A DNA stretch of 64,000 bases. Origin: Gemmatimonadales bacterium. GTDB taxonomy: Bacteria > Gemmatimonadota > Gemmatimonadetes > Gemmatimonadales > GWC2-71-9. Position numbers and translations under genes: made by a program. The stretch is taken from NCBI GenBank assembly GCA_035517615.1, contig DATIYM010000007.1, positions 166,402 through 230,401 of the forward strand, given 5' to 3'. Below are positions 8,964 to 18,350 of the stretch, in pieces; the stretch's first letter is position 1; each line of letters opens with the position of its first letter. A model generated the notes under the pieces. That model had not been told where the DNA came from. It saw only the letters and a list, made by a program, of their open reading frames with translations, and ran no database searches.

Positions 8964-10544
8964 ATGCCTCGTCCCAAGAGCATACTCTGGGTCGATGATG
9001 AGATCGAGAGTCTCGTAGCCCACCGGCGATTCCTCGAAGAGCAAGGGTTTGCGATCGAGCAGGCCGCACACGGTGACGACGCGCTCGCGCTGTTGCGCCG
9101 CCAGCCGTACAGCGTCGTGCTGCTCGACGAGCAGATGCCCGGCCGCCGCGGACTCGAGCTGCTCGCCGAGATTCGCGCCATTGATCCGTCGATGCCGGTC
9201 GTGATGGTCACGAAGAGCGAAGACCAGGGCACCCTGCGCGAGGCGATCGGATTCGACGTCGCGGACTATCTCGTGAAGCCGGTGCACCCGCGGCAAGTCC
9301 TGTCAGTGGTGACCCGGCTGCTCGAGGGCGACCGGATCCGCCAGCAGCGGCTCGCACGCGATTTCGTGTCGCGCTTCCGCGAGCTCGAAGGCCGGCGCGG
9401 CGCGAACCTCGGCTGGCGCGAGTGGATCGAGCTCGTGGTCGAGTTGGTGCAATGGGATGTGCGGCTCGCCGCCGCGCAGGAGCCCGGCCTCTCCGAGGCG
9501 CTCCGCACGTTGCAGCACAGCCTCCGCAAGGACTTCGCGACCTACGTTGCCCGGAACTATCCCCGCTGGCTTGCGAATCCGGACGCCGATCGGCCGCCCT
9601 TGTCCGTGGACGTCGGCGCCGAGTTTCTCGTGCCCGCCTTCAAGACACGCGGGCGGATGCTGCTGCTCGTGATCGACTGCCTGCGGCTCGATCAATGGGA
9701 GGTGTTGCGAGAGCTCGTGTCGCCGCTGTTTGAAATCGAGGAGTCGCACTACTTCAGCATTCTACCCACGGCCACGCCGTTCGCCCGCAACGCAATTTTC
9801 AGCGGACTGTTTCCGCTGGAGCTGGCGGCGCGGCATCCCGCCTGGTGGGGCCAGGCGTCGGACGAGGCGAGTCTCAACGCGCACGAAGACGAGCTCCTGT
9901 CTGAGCAGCTGGCCGAGCTCGTCGGCCGACCGGTGCCGGTCCGCTACGAGAAGCTGTTCAGCTCCGTCGATGGGGCGGAGCTGCTGCGGCGGCTGCCCGC
10001 GCATCTCGCCCAGGAGGGCGTGACGGCGCTGGTGTTCAACTTCATCGACCAGCTCACCCACGGACGCTCGGAGAGCGCCATTCTATATGAAGTCGCGCGG
10101 GATGATGCCGCGCTGCGCAGTCTCACGCGCACCTGGTTCGAGCGCTCCCCGGTGCTCGCGGCGCTGCAGGAAGCCGAGCGCCGCGGCGTGTCCGTGCTGC
10201 TCACGACCGATCACGGGTCGATTCATTGCGCCACGCCGGCGACCGTGTTCGCGAAGCGCGATGCGAGCGCCAACCTCCGCTACAAATTCGGCGAAGACCT
10301 GCGCGTCGAGGACTCCGAAGCCGCGATCACCGTGTCCGATCCCCGGGCGTTCGGCCTGCCCCCCATGCCGCTCGGCGTACGACTCCTGATCGCGACCGCG
10401 GACCGATTCTTCGTGTATCCCACCAAGCTCAGGGAATACCAGGCGCGGTATCGCGGCTCGTTTCTGCACGGCGGCGCGACGCCGGAAGAAATGATCTTGC
10501 CGGTGGTGCTGCTGACACCCCGCGGCAGCGCCCGGGTGAGCTAG
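8964..10544 (+). CDS. PorX-like response regulator: CheY receiver + PglZ (alkaline-phosphatase superfamily) domain
   Basis: Receiver motifs ILWVDDE, VLLDEQMPG, VMVTKS and LVKP. PglZ-type motifs LLLVIDCLRLDQW, FNFIDQLTH and LLTTDHGS. 526 aa, similar in size and architecture to PorX. Confidence 0.85.
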   Translation: MPRPKSILWVDDEIESLVAHRRFLEEQGFAIEQAAHGDDALALLRRQPYSVVLLDEQMPGRRGLELLAEIRAIDPSMPVVMVTKSEDQGTLREAIGFDVADYLVKPVHPRQVLSVVTRLLEGDRIRQQRLARDFVSRFRELEGRRGANLGWREWIELVVELVQWDVRLAAAQEPGLSEALRTLQHSLRKDFATYVARNYPRWLANPDADRPPLSVDVGAEFLVPAFKTRGRMLLLVIDCLRLDQWEVLRELVSPLFEIEESHYFSILPTATPFARNAIFSGLFPLELAARHPAWWGQASDEASLNAHEDELLSEQLAELVGRPVPVRYEKLFSSVDGAELLRRLPAHLAQEGVTALVFNFIDQLTHGRSESAILYEVARDDAALRSLTRTWFERSPVLAALQEAERRGVSVLLTTDHGSIHCATPATVFAKRDASANLRYKFGEDLRVEDSEAAITVSDPRAFGLPPMPLGVRLLIATADRFFVYPTKLREYQARYRGSFLHGGATPEEMILPVVLLTPRGSARVS

Positions 10545-12356
10545 ATGGACAAGCCGCGGCGTGGGGCCAAGCTGCTCCGGTTGCTCCGTCCCTACACGCC
10601 CCTCTTCGTTCTCAACATCATCGCGACGCTGCTCGCGTCCGTCCTGGACGGCGCGACGTTCGTGCTCCTGATCCCGTTCCTGCGCGCGCTGTTCGGGCAG
10701 CAGGCGTTTCAGGGCGCGGGGTCGATGGTGGAACACGTCCTCGATTTCGCGGCGGGGCCGCTGATCGCGGGCGGCGGCTCGCCGCACGCGGCGCTGCGCA
10801 ATGTGGTGGTCGTGCTCGTCATCGCGCTGATCTTGAAGAACCTGCTGAGCTACGGCGCCGCCGTGGCCAGCGTGGCCATTCAGGAAGGGGTCGTGCGAGA
10901 CCTGCGCGTCCGGCTGTTCGATCACCTGCAGACCTTGCCACTCGGCTACTTCCAGCGGACCCGCGGGGGCCAGGTGCTGGCCCGGCTCGTGACCGATACG
11001 GATCAGGTCAAGAGCGCGATCACGGCGGCGCTCGCATCGCTGCTGCAGAACGTGAGCCTCATGCTCGTGTATGTCGCCATTCTCTTCAGCCTCTCCTGGC
11101 AGCTCACGCTCATCGCGCTCATCTCGGCGCCGCTGCTCGCGGCAATCGTCAAGCCGCTCATCGGCAAAGTACGGCGGCGCTCCCGTGATCTGGCCGAAGA
11201 ACGCGGCGAGCTGACGAGTCTCGTGAGTGAGATGGTGTCGTCCGTCAAGCTGGTGCGCGCGTACGTGGCCGAGTCGTTCGAGTCCGAGCGGTTTCGCCGT
11301 CTCGCGGATCGCTGCCGCAAGAGCGTGCTGCGCGCCCAGCGCTACGCGCTCGTCACGAGCCCGGTGAGCGAAGTGTTCGCCGGGATCGTCGTCCTCGTGA
11401 TTTTTTCGATCGGCACGGAGCTCGCCCTCGGCTCCCACGGGACGCTCAGGCCGGAAGTGCTGATCGCGTTCGTGGCCCTGGCGCTCCGGCTCATGTCGCC
11501 CGTCAAGTCGGTCGCGAATTATCCCACCGTCATGGCCGGCGCCCTCGCGGCCGCCGACCGCGTGTTCGATGTACTGGACCTCCCCGGTGGCGAAGGCGAT
11601 CGGCCCGACGAGAGCGACGCGCACTTCGAGCGCTCGATCGAATACCGCCTCGTGTCGTTCTCGTACAACGGTCAGGGAAGCGTGCTGGACGGCATCGAGA
11701 TGTGTGTCGATCGCGGGCAGATCGTCGCGGTGGTCGGACCCTCGGGCGCCGGGAAGACGACGCTGGTCGATCTGCTGCCACGGTTCTACGAGCCCACGGG
11801 CGGCTCCATTCTCATGGATGGCGTGCCGCTCACGAGGCTCAAGCGGCACAGCCTGCGCCGGCTCATGGGCATCGTTTCTCAGGAAACGATTCTCTTGAAC
11901 GACACCGCGTTTGCGAACATCGCCTACGGGCGCCGGGATTTCTCGCTCGAGCAAGTCGAGGCGGCCGCCCGGGCCGCGAACGCACACGAGTTCATCCGCC
12001 AGCTGCCGAACGGCTACGACACCCTGCTCGGTGAGCGGGGCACGCGGCTCTCGGGGGGCGAGCGGCAGCGGATCGCGATCGCGCGGGCGCTGCTCCGCGA
12101 TCCTCCGATTCTCATTCTCGACGAGGCGACGAGCGCGCTCGACACGGAATCGGAGCGGCTGGTACAGGAAGCCATCGATCGCCTGATGGAGCACCGCACC
12201 GTCCTCGTGATCGCCCACCGCCTGGCGACGGTGCGGCACGCGGACCTGATCGTGGTGCTCGCCGACGGCCGAATCGTCGAGCGGGGGACGCACGAGGCCC
12301 TGTTCGCGTCGGGCGGCCTGTACCGGCGCTTCTACGACATGCAATTCAAAGTGTGA
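10545..12356 (+). CDS. msbA: ABC transporter permease/ATPase, MsbA-like lipid/LPS exporter
   Basis: Six-TM N-terminal half, Walker A GPSGAGKTT, signature LSGGERQR and Walker B ILILDEATSALD. The start directly abuts the upstream stop (TAGATG). Confidence 0.85.
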   Translation: MDKPRRGAKLLRLLRPYTPLFVLNIIATLLASVLDGATFVLLIPFLRALFGQQAFQGAGSMVEHVLDFAAGPLIAGGGSPHAALRNVVVVLVIALILKNLLSYGAAVASVAIQEGVVRDLRVRLFDHLQTLPLGYFQRTRGGQVLARLVTDTDQVKSAITAALASLLQNVSLMLVYVAILFSLSWQLTLIALISAPLLAAIVKPLIGKVRRRSRDLAEERGELTSLVSEMVSSVKLVRAYVAESFESERFRRLADRCRKSVLRAQRYALVTSPVSEVFAGIVVLVIFSIGTELALGSHGTLRPEVLIAFVALALRLMSPVKSVANYPTVMAGALAAADRVFDVLDLPGGEGDRPDESDAHFERSIEYRLVSFSYNGQGSVLDGIEMCVDRGQIVAVVGPSGAGKTTLVDLLPRFYEPTGGSILMDGVPLTRLKRHSLRRLMGIVSQETILLNDTAFANIAYGRRDFSLEQVEAAARAANAHEFIRQLPNGYDTLLGERGTRLSGGERQRIAIARALLRDPPILILDEATSALDTESERLVQEAIDRLMEHRTVLVIAHRLATVRHADLIVVLADGRIVERGTHEALFASGGLYRRFYDMQFKV

Positions 12357-13228
12357 GCGTGCTCTCCGGGTTCACGATCGTGCGCAACGCCGTCACGCTC
12401 GACTACCCGATTGTTCCCGCCATCCGCTCGATTCTGCCGATCTGCTCCGAAGTTGTCGTGAATGTCGGGCGGTCGGATGACGGCACCCGCGAGCTCATCG
12501 CGGGGATCGGCGATTCGCGGATCCGGATCCTCGATACCGTATGGGATGAATCGAGCGGCGGCGCCACGCTCGCGCGCGAGACGAACCGCGCGATGGCCGC
12601 GTGCCGCGGCCGCTTTGGACTGTACATCCAGGCTGACGAAGTGCTGCACGAAACCGGCGCCGAGCTGCTCGCCGATCGCGTTCGCACCTGGGACCGAGAC
12701 GCTCTGCTCGAGGGCCTGCTCGTCGACTACCGTCACTTTTACGGCGATTTCCACACCCTGGCCACGAATCGCCACTGGTATCGCCGCGAAGTGCGCGTCG
12801 TGCGGCTGGGCTCGTCCGACATTCGCGCGTTTGGCGATGCGCAGGGGTTTCGCGTCGGGGAGGGCCTGCGCCGGGTCCGGGCCCGCGTGACCGGAGCGAT
12901 GATGTTTCATTACGGCTGGGCCCAGCCTCCGGCAGTGCTGCGCCAAAAACACGAAGCGTCCAAGGCGCTGTTCGGGGAGCATCAGGGGAAGCTCGAGCAG
13001 CGCGCGCAGGCTCCCGCGCTCGAGTGGACACCCGGATTGCGCCGCTTTACCGGCGCGCACCCCGCGGCCGCGGCCGCCTGGGTGGCTGACCGAAGTGGCG
13101 GGTCCAACGGACGCGCGCTCGGCCCCCGGCGGATCAGGCCCGGCGATATCCGGTTCTATCTCTCCGACTGGATCGAGCGGGCCACCGGCGTCCGGTTGTT
13201 CGAATACCGGAACTACGTGCTCGTATGA
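12353..13228 (+). CDS. glycosyltransferase family 2-like protein
   Basis: The N-terminus FTIVRNAVTLDYPIVPAIRSILPICSEVVVNVGRSDDGT is typical of a GT2 subgroup. The GTG start overlaps the msbA stop (GTGA). Confidence 0.75.
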   Translation: MSVLSGFTIVRNAVTLDYPIVPAIRSILPICSEVVVNVGRSDDGTRELIAGIGDSRIRILDTVWDESSGGATLARETNRAMAACRGRFGLYIQADEVLHETGAELLADRVRTWDRDALLEGLLVDYRHFYGDFHTLATNRHWYRREVRVVRLGSSDIRAFGDAQGFRVGEGLRRVRARVTGAMMFHYGWAQPPAVLRQKHEASKALFGEHQGKLEQRAQAPALEWTPGLRRFTGAHPAAAAAWVADRSGGSNGRALGPRRIRPGDIRFYLSDWIERATGVRLFEYRNYVLV

Positions 13229-13971
13229 CCGTGACCGCCGCCGCGCGTCCGCGCGCGCGGGAGCTGACGTCGCGAAACACGCATGCGGTCGTGGCGCGGC
13301 TGCTCGCTCGTGAGCCCGCGGCGAGGCGGGTGCTCGATATCCCCTGTGGAGAAGGCGCGTTCCTCGAGCGCGTGCGCGCGCTGGGTCGCGCGGCACATGG
13401 AGCGGACATCGTGAATCGCGCGGCGCTCGCACCCGCCGAGTTCACCGCCGCCGACATGAATGCCCCACTGCCGTTCGACGACGCCTCGTTCGATGCGCTG
13501 GTGTGCATCGACGGCATCGAGCACCTGGAACGACCCTTCGATTTCGTCCGGGAGTGTCGCCGGGTGCTGGCCGCGAACGGTGTGCTGATCGTTTCGACTC
13601 CCAACATCACCGCGCTCCGCTCCCGCTGGCGGTATCTGCTCACCGGATTTCACAACAAAGGCAAGGTGCCGCTCGATGAACGTGATCCCACGCCGTGGCA
13701 TCACGTGAACCTGTTGTCGTTCCCGGCGCTGCGATATCTGCTGCATCGGAACGGCTTTCGCGTGAGTCGCATCGCGACCAATCGCATCAAGCCGATCAGC
13801 TGGCTCTATCTGCCGCTGTGGCCGGTTTCGCTGCTCGCGACCAGCCTCTCCATGCGCCGCTGGGAATCCGATCCCGCACAGCGCGAGCGGAACAAGGAGA
13901 TTCTGCGGCAGATGCACACGTCGTGCATCGCGTTTGGGGAGACAATGATCGTGAAAGCAACGCGGGAGTGA
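13225..13971 (+). CDS. class I SAM-dependent methyltransferase
   Basis: Motif I VLDIPCGEGAF, motif II region FDALVCIDGIEHL, and GVLIVSTPN. ATGA overlap with the upstream gene. Confidence 0.85.
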   Translation: MTVTAAARPRARELTSRNTHAVVARLLAREPAARRVLDIPCGEGAFLERVRALGRAAHGADIVNRAALAPAEFTAADMNAPLPFDDASFDALVCIDGIEHLERPFDFVRECRRVLAANGVLIVSTPNITALRSRWRYLLTGFHNKGKVPLDERDPTPWHHVNLLSFPALRYLLHRNGFRVSRIATNRIKPISWLYLPLWPVSLLATSLSMRRWESDPAQRERNKEILRQMHTSCIAFGETMIVKATRE

Positions 13972-14915
13972 CGGCGTTTGACGGCCTCCGTGTCATCCTC
14001 GCGGCGGCGTTCAATACGCGCTACCACAGAAGCGGCCTCGCCCTCGCTTCGGCCCTCGAATCCCTCGGCTGCGAGGTGCGGCGCTGCGAGCTGCGCGAGC
14101 GAGGGCTCGCGCGGATACTTCGCAGGCCGCTGCCGCGGAGACTCGGCGCGATGCTGCGCCGGCCGGTCGACCTCGTGCTGGTCTTCAAGGGGAGCAACCT
14201 CTCCCGCGACGTCGTCGCCCAGCTTCGCCGGCAGTCCCGCGCGCGCTGGGCCTGCTGGTTTCCCGACGATCCGCACGAGATCGACGTCTCACTGAAAATC
14301 AGCCCCGCGTATGATTGGTTCTTCACGCATGACTCCTCGAGCCTCGACCGGCACCGCGGCTCGGGCGCCAAGGCGTACTATCTCGCGTTCGGTTGTGATC
14401 CCGCGTATCTCACGCCTCCCCTTCTGCCCAACGCGAACGGACACGCGCCGCTCGGGTTCGTCGGATCGCGCGACCCGATCCGGGAGCGCGCGCTTTCGGA
14501 CATTCGGGACCTGGGCCTCGAAACGTGGGGACCCGGCTGGCCCGCCGGCGCCGTCTATGGCAGGAAATTCGTGGCCGCGCTGGCGGGCGCGGTGGTGGGG
14601 ATCAACATGCACCAGCAATTCGGGAGTGCGGACCCCGATCGCTACGGCACGGGGGCGAACATGCGCGTGTTCGAGCTGGCGGCGGTCGGCACTCCGCAGC
14701 TGTGTGACGCCAAGGCCGACATTCGCCGGCACTTCACGCCCGACCGGGAAATCGTGCTGTATCGCAGCGTCGCTGAATTGCGGGAGCGGGCGCGGGCCCT
14801 GCTCGACGACGAATCGTTGCGTCGCTCGCTCGCGACACGTGCGCGCGAGCGTGCCCTGCGCGAGCATACCTGGGCGATTCGGCTCGCCGAGCTACTGGAC
14901 GTGAGCCTGCGCTGA
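13968..14915 (+). CDS. CgeB-like glycosyltransferase (DUF3880 / Glyco_trans_1_2-like)
   Basis: The C-terminal region NMRVFELAAVGTPQLCD...LYRSVAELRERARALLDDESLRRSLA is typical of the CgeB family. The GTG at 13968 forms GTGA with the upstream stop. The track ORF start at 13695 lies inside the methyltransferase gene. Confidence 0.7.
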   Translation: MTAFDGLRVILAAAFNTRYHRSGLALASALESLGCEVRRCELRERGLARILRRPLPRRLGAMLRRPVDLVLVFKGSNLSRDVVAQLRRQSRARWACWFPDDPHEIDVSLKISPAYDWFFTHDSSSLDRHRGSGAKAYYLAFGCDPAYLTPPLLPNANGHAPLGFVGSRDPIRERALSDIRDLGLETWGPGWPAGAVYGRKFVAALAGAVVGINMHQQFGSADPDRYGTGANMRVFELAAVGTPQLCDAKADIRRHFTPDREIVLYRSVAELRERARALLDDESLRRSLATRARERALREHTWAIRLAELLDVSLR

Positions 14916-15848
14916 GTAGTACGGGGTCGGCTGACCGGCGACGAGCGCGCCCGTGTCGAGCAGCGCGCGATACATCCGGACGTACGCCGCGGCCATCGCG
15001 AGGTGACTGAAGTACCGTGTGGCGTGCTCGCGGCAGACTGCTGAGCTGCGCGTGTGAATGGTCGCTGCGGCTCGGACCATGTCATCGAGGGTCGCGCACA
15101 GGGCGCCGACTTCGGGGGTGACGAGTTCCGGCAGCGACCCGCGATACGTGGTGAGCACGGGCGTACCGGAGAACAGGGCCTCGATCGTCGTCAAGCCAAA
15201 CTGCTCGTCCCAGAGCGCGGGCATCCAGAGACAGCGAGCGCCGGCCAGGAGCGCGATTTTTTTTTCCTGATCCACCTTCCCGAGAAACTTGATTCCAGGC
15301 CGAAAGGTGGGGCGCCAGCCTCCCACGAGCAGCAGACGGTGTCCCGCCCGCCGCGCGCCCTCGATCGCCCAGCGGTAGCCCTTGACTCGATGCAGCCGGC
15401 CGAGAAACAGGTCGTAATCGTCTTTGTCGTCGCGATAAAGAAAGTCGGCGGGATCGAGGCCGTTGTAGACGAACGTTTCACTGCCGTGCCGCCGCGCGTG
15501 GTTATGAGAAAGGAAGATGGCATACGGCGGCACCGGGGCTCCGGGCCGCATCTCGCCGTGCACGGTCCACACGCACGGCACCGACGGCGGACGCAGCAGC
15601 GGGAAGTGCGTGTGCAGGATATCGGCGTCCTCGGGCACCAGCGCACCGAGATCGGTAGCGGCGCTCGTCAACGTCTCGGCCGGCACCTCGACGACCGTTG
15701 CTGCGTCGAGCCGCGTGCCCGGGGCGGCGAGCAGCGTGACCCGGTGTCCCTGCGCCGCGAGGCCGCGCGCCAGCGCGACCACCACGCGCTCCGTCCCGCC
15801 GTAGCGCCGTACCGGAAGCCGGTAATGCGATGCGAGTACCACGTGCAT
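14892..15848 (-). CDS. glycosyltransferase family 4 (GT-B), tandem paralog 1
   Basis: YGGTERVVVALARGLAAQGHRVTLL N-terminus and EQFGLTTIEALFSGTPVL (E-x7-E-type) motif. 318 aa. Confidence 0.85.
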   Translation of the reverse strand: MHVVLASHYRLPVRRYGGTERVVVALARGLAAQGHRVTLLAAPGTRLDAATVVEVPAETLTSAATDLGALVPEDADILHTHFPLLRPPSVPCVWTVHGEMRPGAPVPPYAIFLSHNHARRHGSETFVYNGLDPADFLYRDDKDDYDLFLGRLHRVKGYRWAIEGARRAGHRLLLVGGWRPTFRPGIKFLGKVDQEKKIALLAGARCLWMPALWDEQFGLTTIEALFSGTPVLTTYRGSLPELVTPEVGALCATLDDMVRAAATIHTRSSAVCREHATRYFSHLAMAAAYVRMYRALLDTGALVAGQPTPYYSAQAHVQ

Positions 15849-15851
15849 GGG

Positions 15852-16814
15852 TCAGTCGCCTGCCGCGGACCGGCCGGCGGGCAGGTCGCCGTGCGCCAGG
15901 AGATGCCGGTACATCCGCACGTATTCCGCCGCCATGACGAGGTGGGTGAAGTGGCGTTCGGCATGCGCACGACACTGGGCGGGCTCGCGCGTGTGAATTG
16001 ATTCCGCTGCGGCGATCATCTCGTCCATGGTATCGCACAGCGCGCCAACGTCGGGCGTGATCAGCTCCGGAAGAGCCCCGCGGCGTGTGCCGAGCACGGG
16101 GGTTCCCGAGAGCAACGCTTCGATGGTGACCAGACCAAACGGCTCGTCCCACTCGGCGGGATTCCACAGGCAGCGCGCGCGGGCGAGCAGTGCGGCCTTG
16201 GTCCAGCCGTCCACCTCTCCCACGTACTTGACCGATCCGGTGAAACTCGGCCGCCAGCCGCCGGCCACGATGAGACGGTGACCGGTCCGCTTGGCGGCTT
16301 CGATGGCCCAGTGGTAGCCCTTGGCCCGGTGCAACTTGCCGAGAAACAGGTCGTACTGCTCCGGCCGCTTGGGAAACCGGCGCGCGAAGTATTCCGCGGG
16401 ATCGAGTCCGTTGTAGACGAACACCTCGCTGCCGTGCCGGCGCGCATGGTCGCGCGAGAGGAAGATCGTGTTCGGAAACAACGCCGCCCCCGACTTCAGG
16501 TTGCGGTGAATTGTCTGCACGAACGGCAGGGCGTCGAACCCGCGCGCCAGCGCGAAATGCGCGTGGACGATATCGCTCCCGGCGGGGACGTATGGGACGA
16601 GCCGGCGCGGCTCGTCGAATTCGCGTGCGGGAACCTCGACCACCGCGGCTTCCGGGACGCGCGTCGGGCCGGGAGCGAGCACGGTGACGCGATGTCCCAG
16701 GGCCGCGAGCCCACGAACCAGCGCCACCACGACCCGTTGCGGTCCGCCGTAGCCTTTGGCCGGAAGCGGTTGCTGCGACGCGACGACGACGCTGAGCGAG
16801 GCGGCCGCGCTCAC
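15852..16814 (-). CDS. glycosyltransferase family 4 (GT-B), tandem paralog 2
   Basis: YGGPQRVVVALVRGLAALGHRVTVL and EPFGLVTIEALLSGTPVL, collinear with the neighbour along the whole length. The GTG at 16814 makes GTGA with the deacetylase stop. The track start at 17015 is inside the deacetylase gene. Confidence 0.85.
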   Translation of the reverse strand: MSAAASLSVVVASQQPLPAKGYGGPQRVVVALVRGLAALGHRVTVLAPGPTRVPEAAVVEVPAREFDEPRRLVPYVPAGSDIVHAHFALARGFDALPFVQTIHRNLKSGAALFPNTIFLSRDHARRHGSEVFVYNGLDPAEYFARRFPKRPEQYDLFLGKLHRAKGYHWAIEAAKRTGHRLIVAGGWRPSFTGSVKYVGEVDGWTKAALLARARCLWNPAEWDEPFGLVTIEALLSGTPVLGTRRGALPELITPDVGALCDTMDEMIAAAESIHTREPAQCRAHAERHFTHLVMAAEYVRMYRHLLAHGDLPAGRSAAGD

Positions 16815-17542
16815 ACGTAGTGCAGCCAGCGGAGCCGCATCAGCGTCCAGCGCAGCCGCGAGATCGTCATGCGATAGTCGATCGAAATCCGGGTGAGGCG
16901 AAAGGGATCCGTCCGCACGGAGTTCATCCGGCGCCGGGCGATCACGCCGGCCTGGAATCCCGCGTCGCGCGCCAGCGCCCGCACGGTGGCATTCTGCTTT
17001 CCGTAGGGATAGCACAGCACGCTGACAGGCAAGCCAAGCAGCCGTTCGAGCTCGGCGCGCGACGTGCGAAGGTCAGCGAGCACCCGTTCGGGTGCAAGCG
17101 TCGTCAATGCGGGATGCGTGTGCGAGTGCGACTCGAATTGGATTCCCGCGTCACGCATCGTCGTGATCTCCGATGCCGCGAGCAGCGGCTCCGCGGCGGT
17201 TCCCGGGTTGTCCCATGCGTTCGTTTTCCCGATCAAGCTCGAAATCAGGAACACGGTCGCGCTGAACCCGAACTGACGCAGCAGCGGCCAGGCGTGCTCC
17301 CACACCGAACGGTAGCCATCATCGAACGTAAGAATGATCGGGCGCGCCGGAATGGGATGCCCGTGCTCCCGGTACTCGAGCCATTCCGTAAATGAAATCG
17401 TCTGATATCCGAGACTCGCAACCAGCTCGAGCTGCGCGCCGAAATCGCCGGGTGGGACGTAATTCCGGGGCGAGCGCGCCCCCGGGGGCATCCGATCCAC
17501 GGCATGATACATCAGGATGGGAAGCCTGATCCGGGGTCTCAC
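16811..17542 (-). CDS. polysaccharide deacetylase (NodB/CE4 family)
   Basis: LMYHAV, LTFDDGY, and the HSHTHP histidine motif. The GTG at 17542 makes GTGA with the upstream GT2 stop. Confidence 0.88.
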   Translation of the reverse strand: MRPRIRLPILMYHAVDRMPPGARSPRNYVPPGDFGAQLELVASLGYQTISFTEWLEYREHGHPIPARPIILTFDDGYRSVWEHAWPLLRQFGFSATVFLISSLIGKTNAWDNPGTAAEPLLAASEITTMRDAGIQFESHSHTHPALTTLAPERVLADLRTSRAELERLLGLPVSVLCYPYGKQNATVRALARDAGFQAGVIARRRMNSVRTDPFRLTRISIDYRMTISRLRWTLMRLRWLHYV

Positions 17543-18297
17543 GCCGCCGCGGGCTTTTCCGAGAGGTCCCACAGGTAGGCGTACTTGAGAAATGCCGAAT
17601 ACGCCGACAGCGCCGACGTGACAAAGCCGAAGCGCCCATCGAGAAAGCTGCCCGAGAGAGCGTACTCACGGACGAAGCGCCAGCCGGGGCGGGCAACGAG
17701 GTCGAGCAGCGTCGCACGCCTCCCTCGGGCGTGCAGATCTTCCGCGCCCCAGCGCGCATAGGCGGCGATCTTCTGGAGGTGGTGGGTCAAGTCGCGATAC
17801 GGGATGTGGCGAATCGTGCCCTCGAGCGTGCCGGGGTTCGCGACCGGCTCGAGCCGCTCGTGAACTCGATCCTCCACGAAGCGGCGGGTGCGGGGGAAGA
17901 GCCGGACGTGCCAGTCGCGTGCCCAGCGCCCGCGGCGCCGTTCCCGGCCGAGGTAAATGTTCTCGAACCGGACCTGATATGCGGCGTGCGCGGGAGCGGC
18001 GAGCACCCGGGCGATCTCCTCGCGCAGGGCGTCGCTGGCCCGTTCGTCGGCGTCGAGCGCCAGCACCCACTCGTTTCGCGCCGCGGCGATCGCGGCGTTG
18101 CGCTGCGCGGCGATCGTCCGGTCCGGCACACGGAGCACCGTGGCGCCGTGTGTCTTCGCGATCTCGACCGTGGCGTCGGTCGACCCTCCGTCCGCGACGA
18201 TGACCTCGTCCACCCAGAAGAGCGCGTCGAGCGCCGCGCCGATCTGGGCTGCTTCATTGAGCGTCGGTATCACGACCGTGAGCGGCAGTGGTGCCAT
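17539..18297 (-). CDS. glycosyltransferase family 2 (LPS core type)
   Basis: LTVVIPTLNEA, VIVADGGSTD, and the DADE (DxD) motif. 252 aa. Confidence 0.88.
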   Translation of the reverse strand: MAPLPLTVVIPTLNEAAQIGAALDALFWVDEVIVADGGSTDATVEIAKTHGATVLRVPDRTIAAQRNAAIAAARNEWVLALDADERASDALREEIARVLAAPAHAAYQVRFENIYLGRERRRGRWARDWHVRLFPRTRRFVEDRVHERLEPVANPGTLEGTIRHIPYRDLTHHLQKIAAYARWGAEDLHARGRRATLLDLVARPGWRFVREYALSGSFLDGRFGFVTSALSAYSAFLKYAYLWDLSEKPAAA

Positions 18298-18350
18298 GGC
18301 GTCGATGCTCCTGATAAGGCCGGTGAGCGGCGCGACGACTATTATATAGC

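Noticed and set aside
10083-12344. 753-aa ORF on the minus strand, the longest ORF in the track
   Set aside because: It is exactly antisense to the MsbA-like ABC transporter, which has clear Walker A/B and signature motifs. Its product is Arg/Gly/His/Glu-rich low complexity with no motif. It is a typical high-GC shadow ORF.
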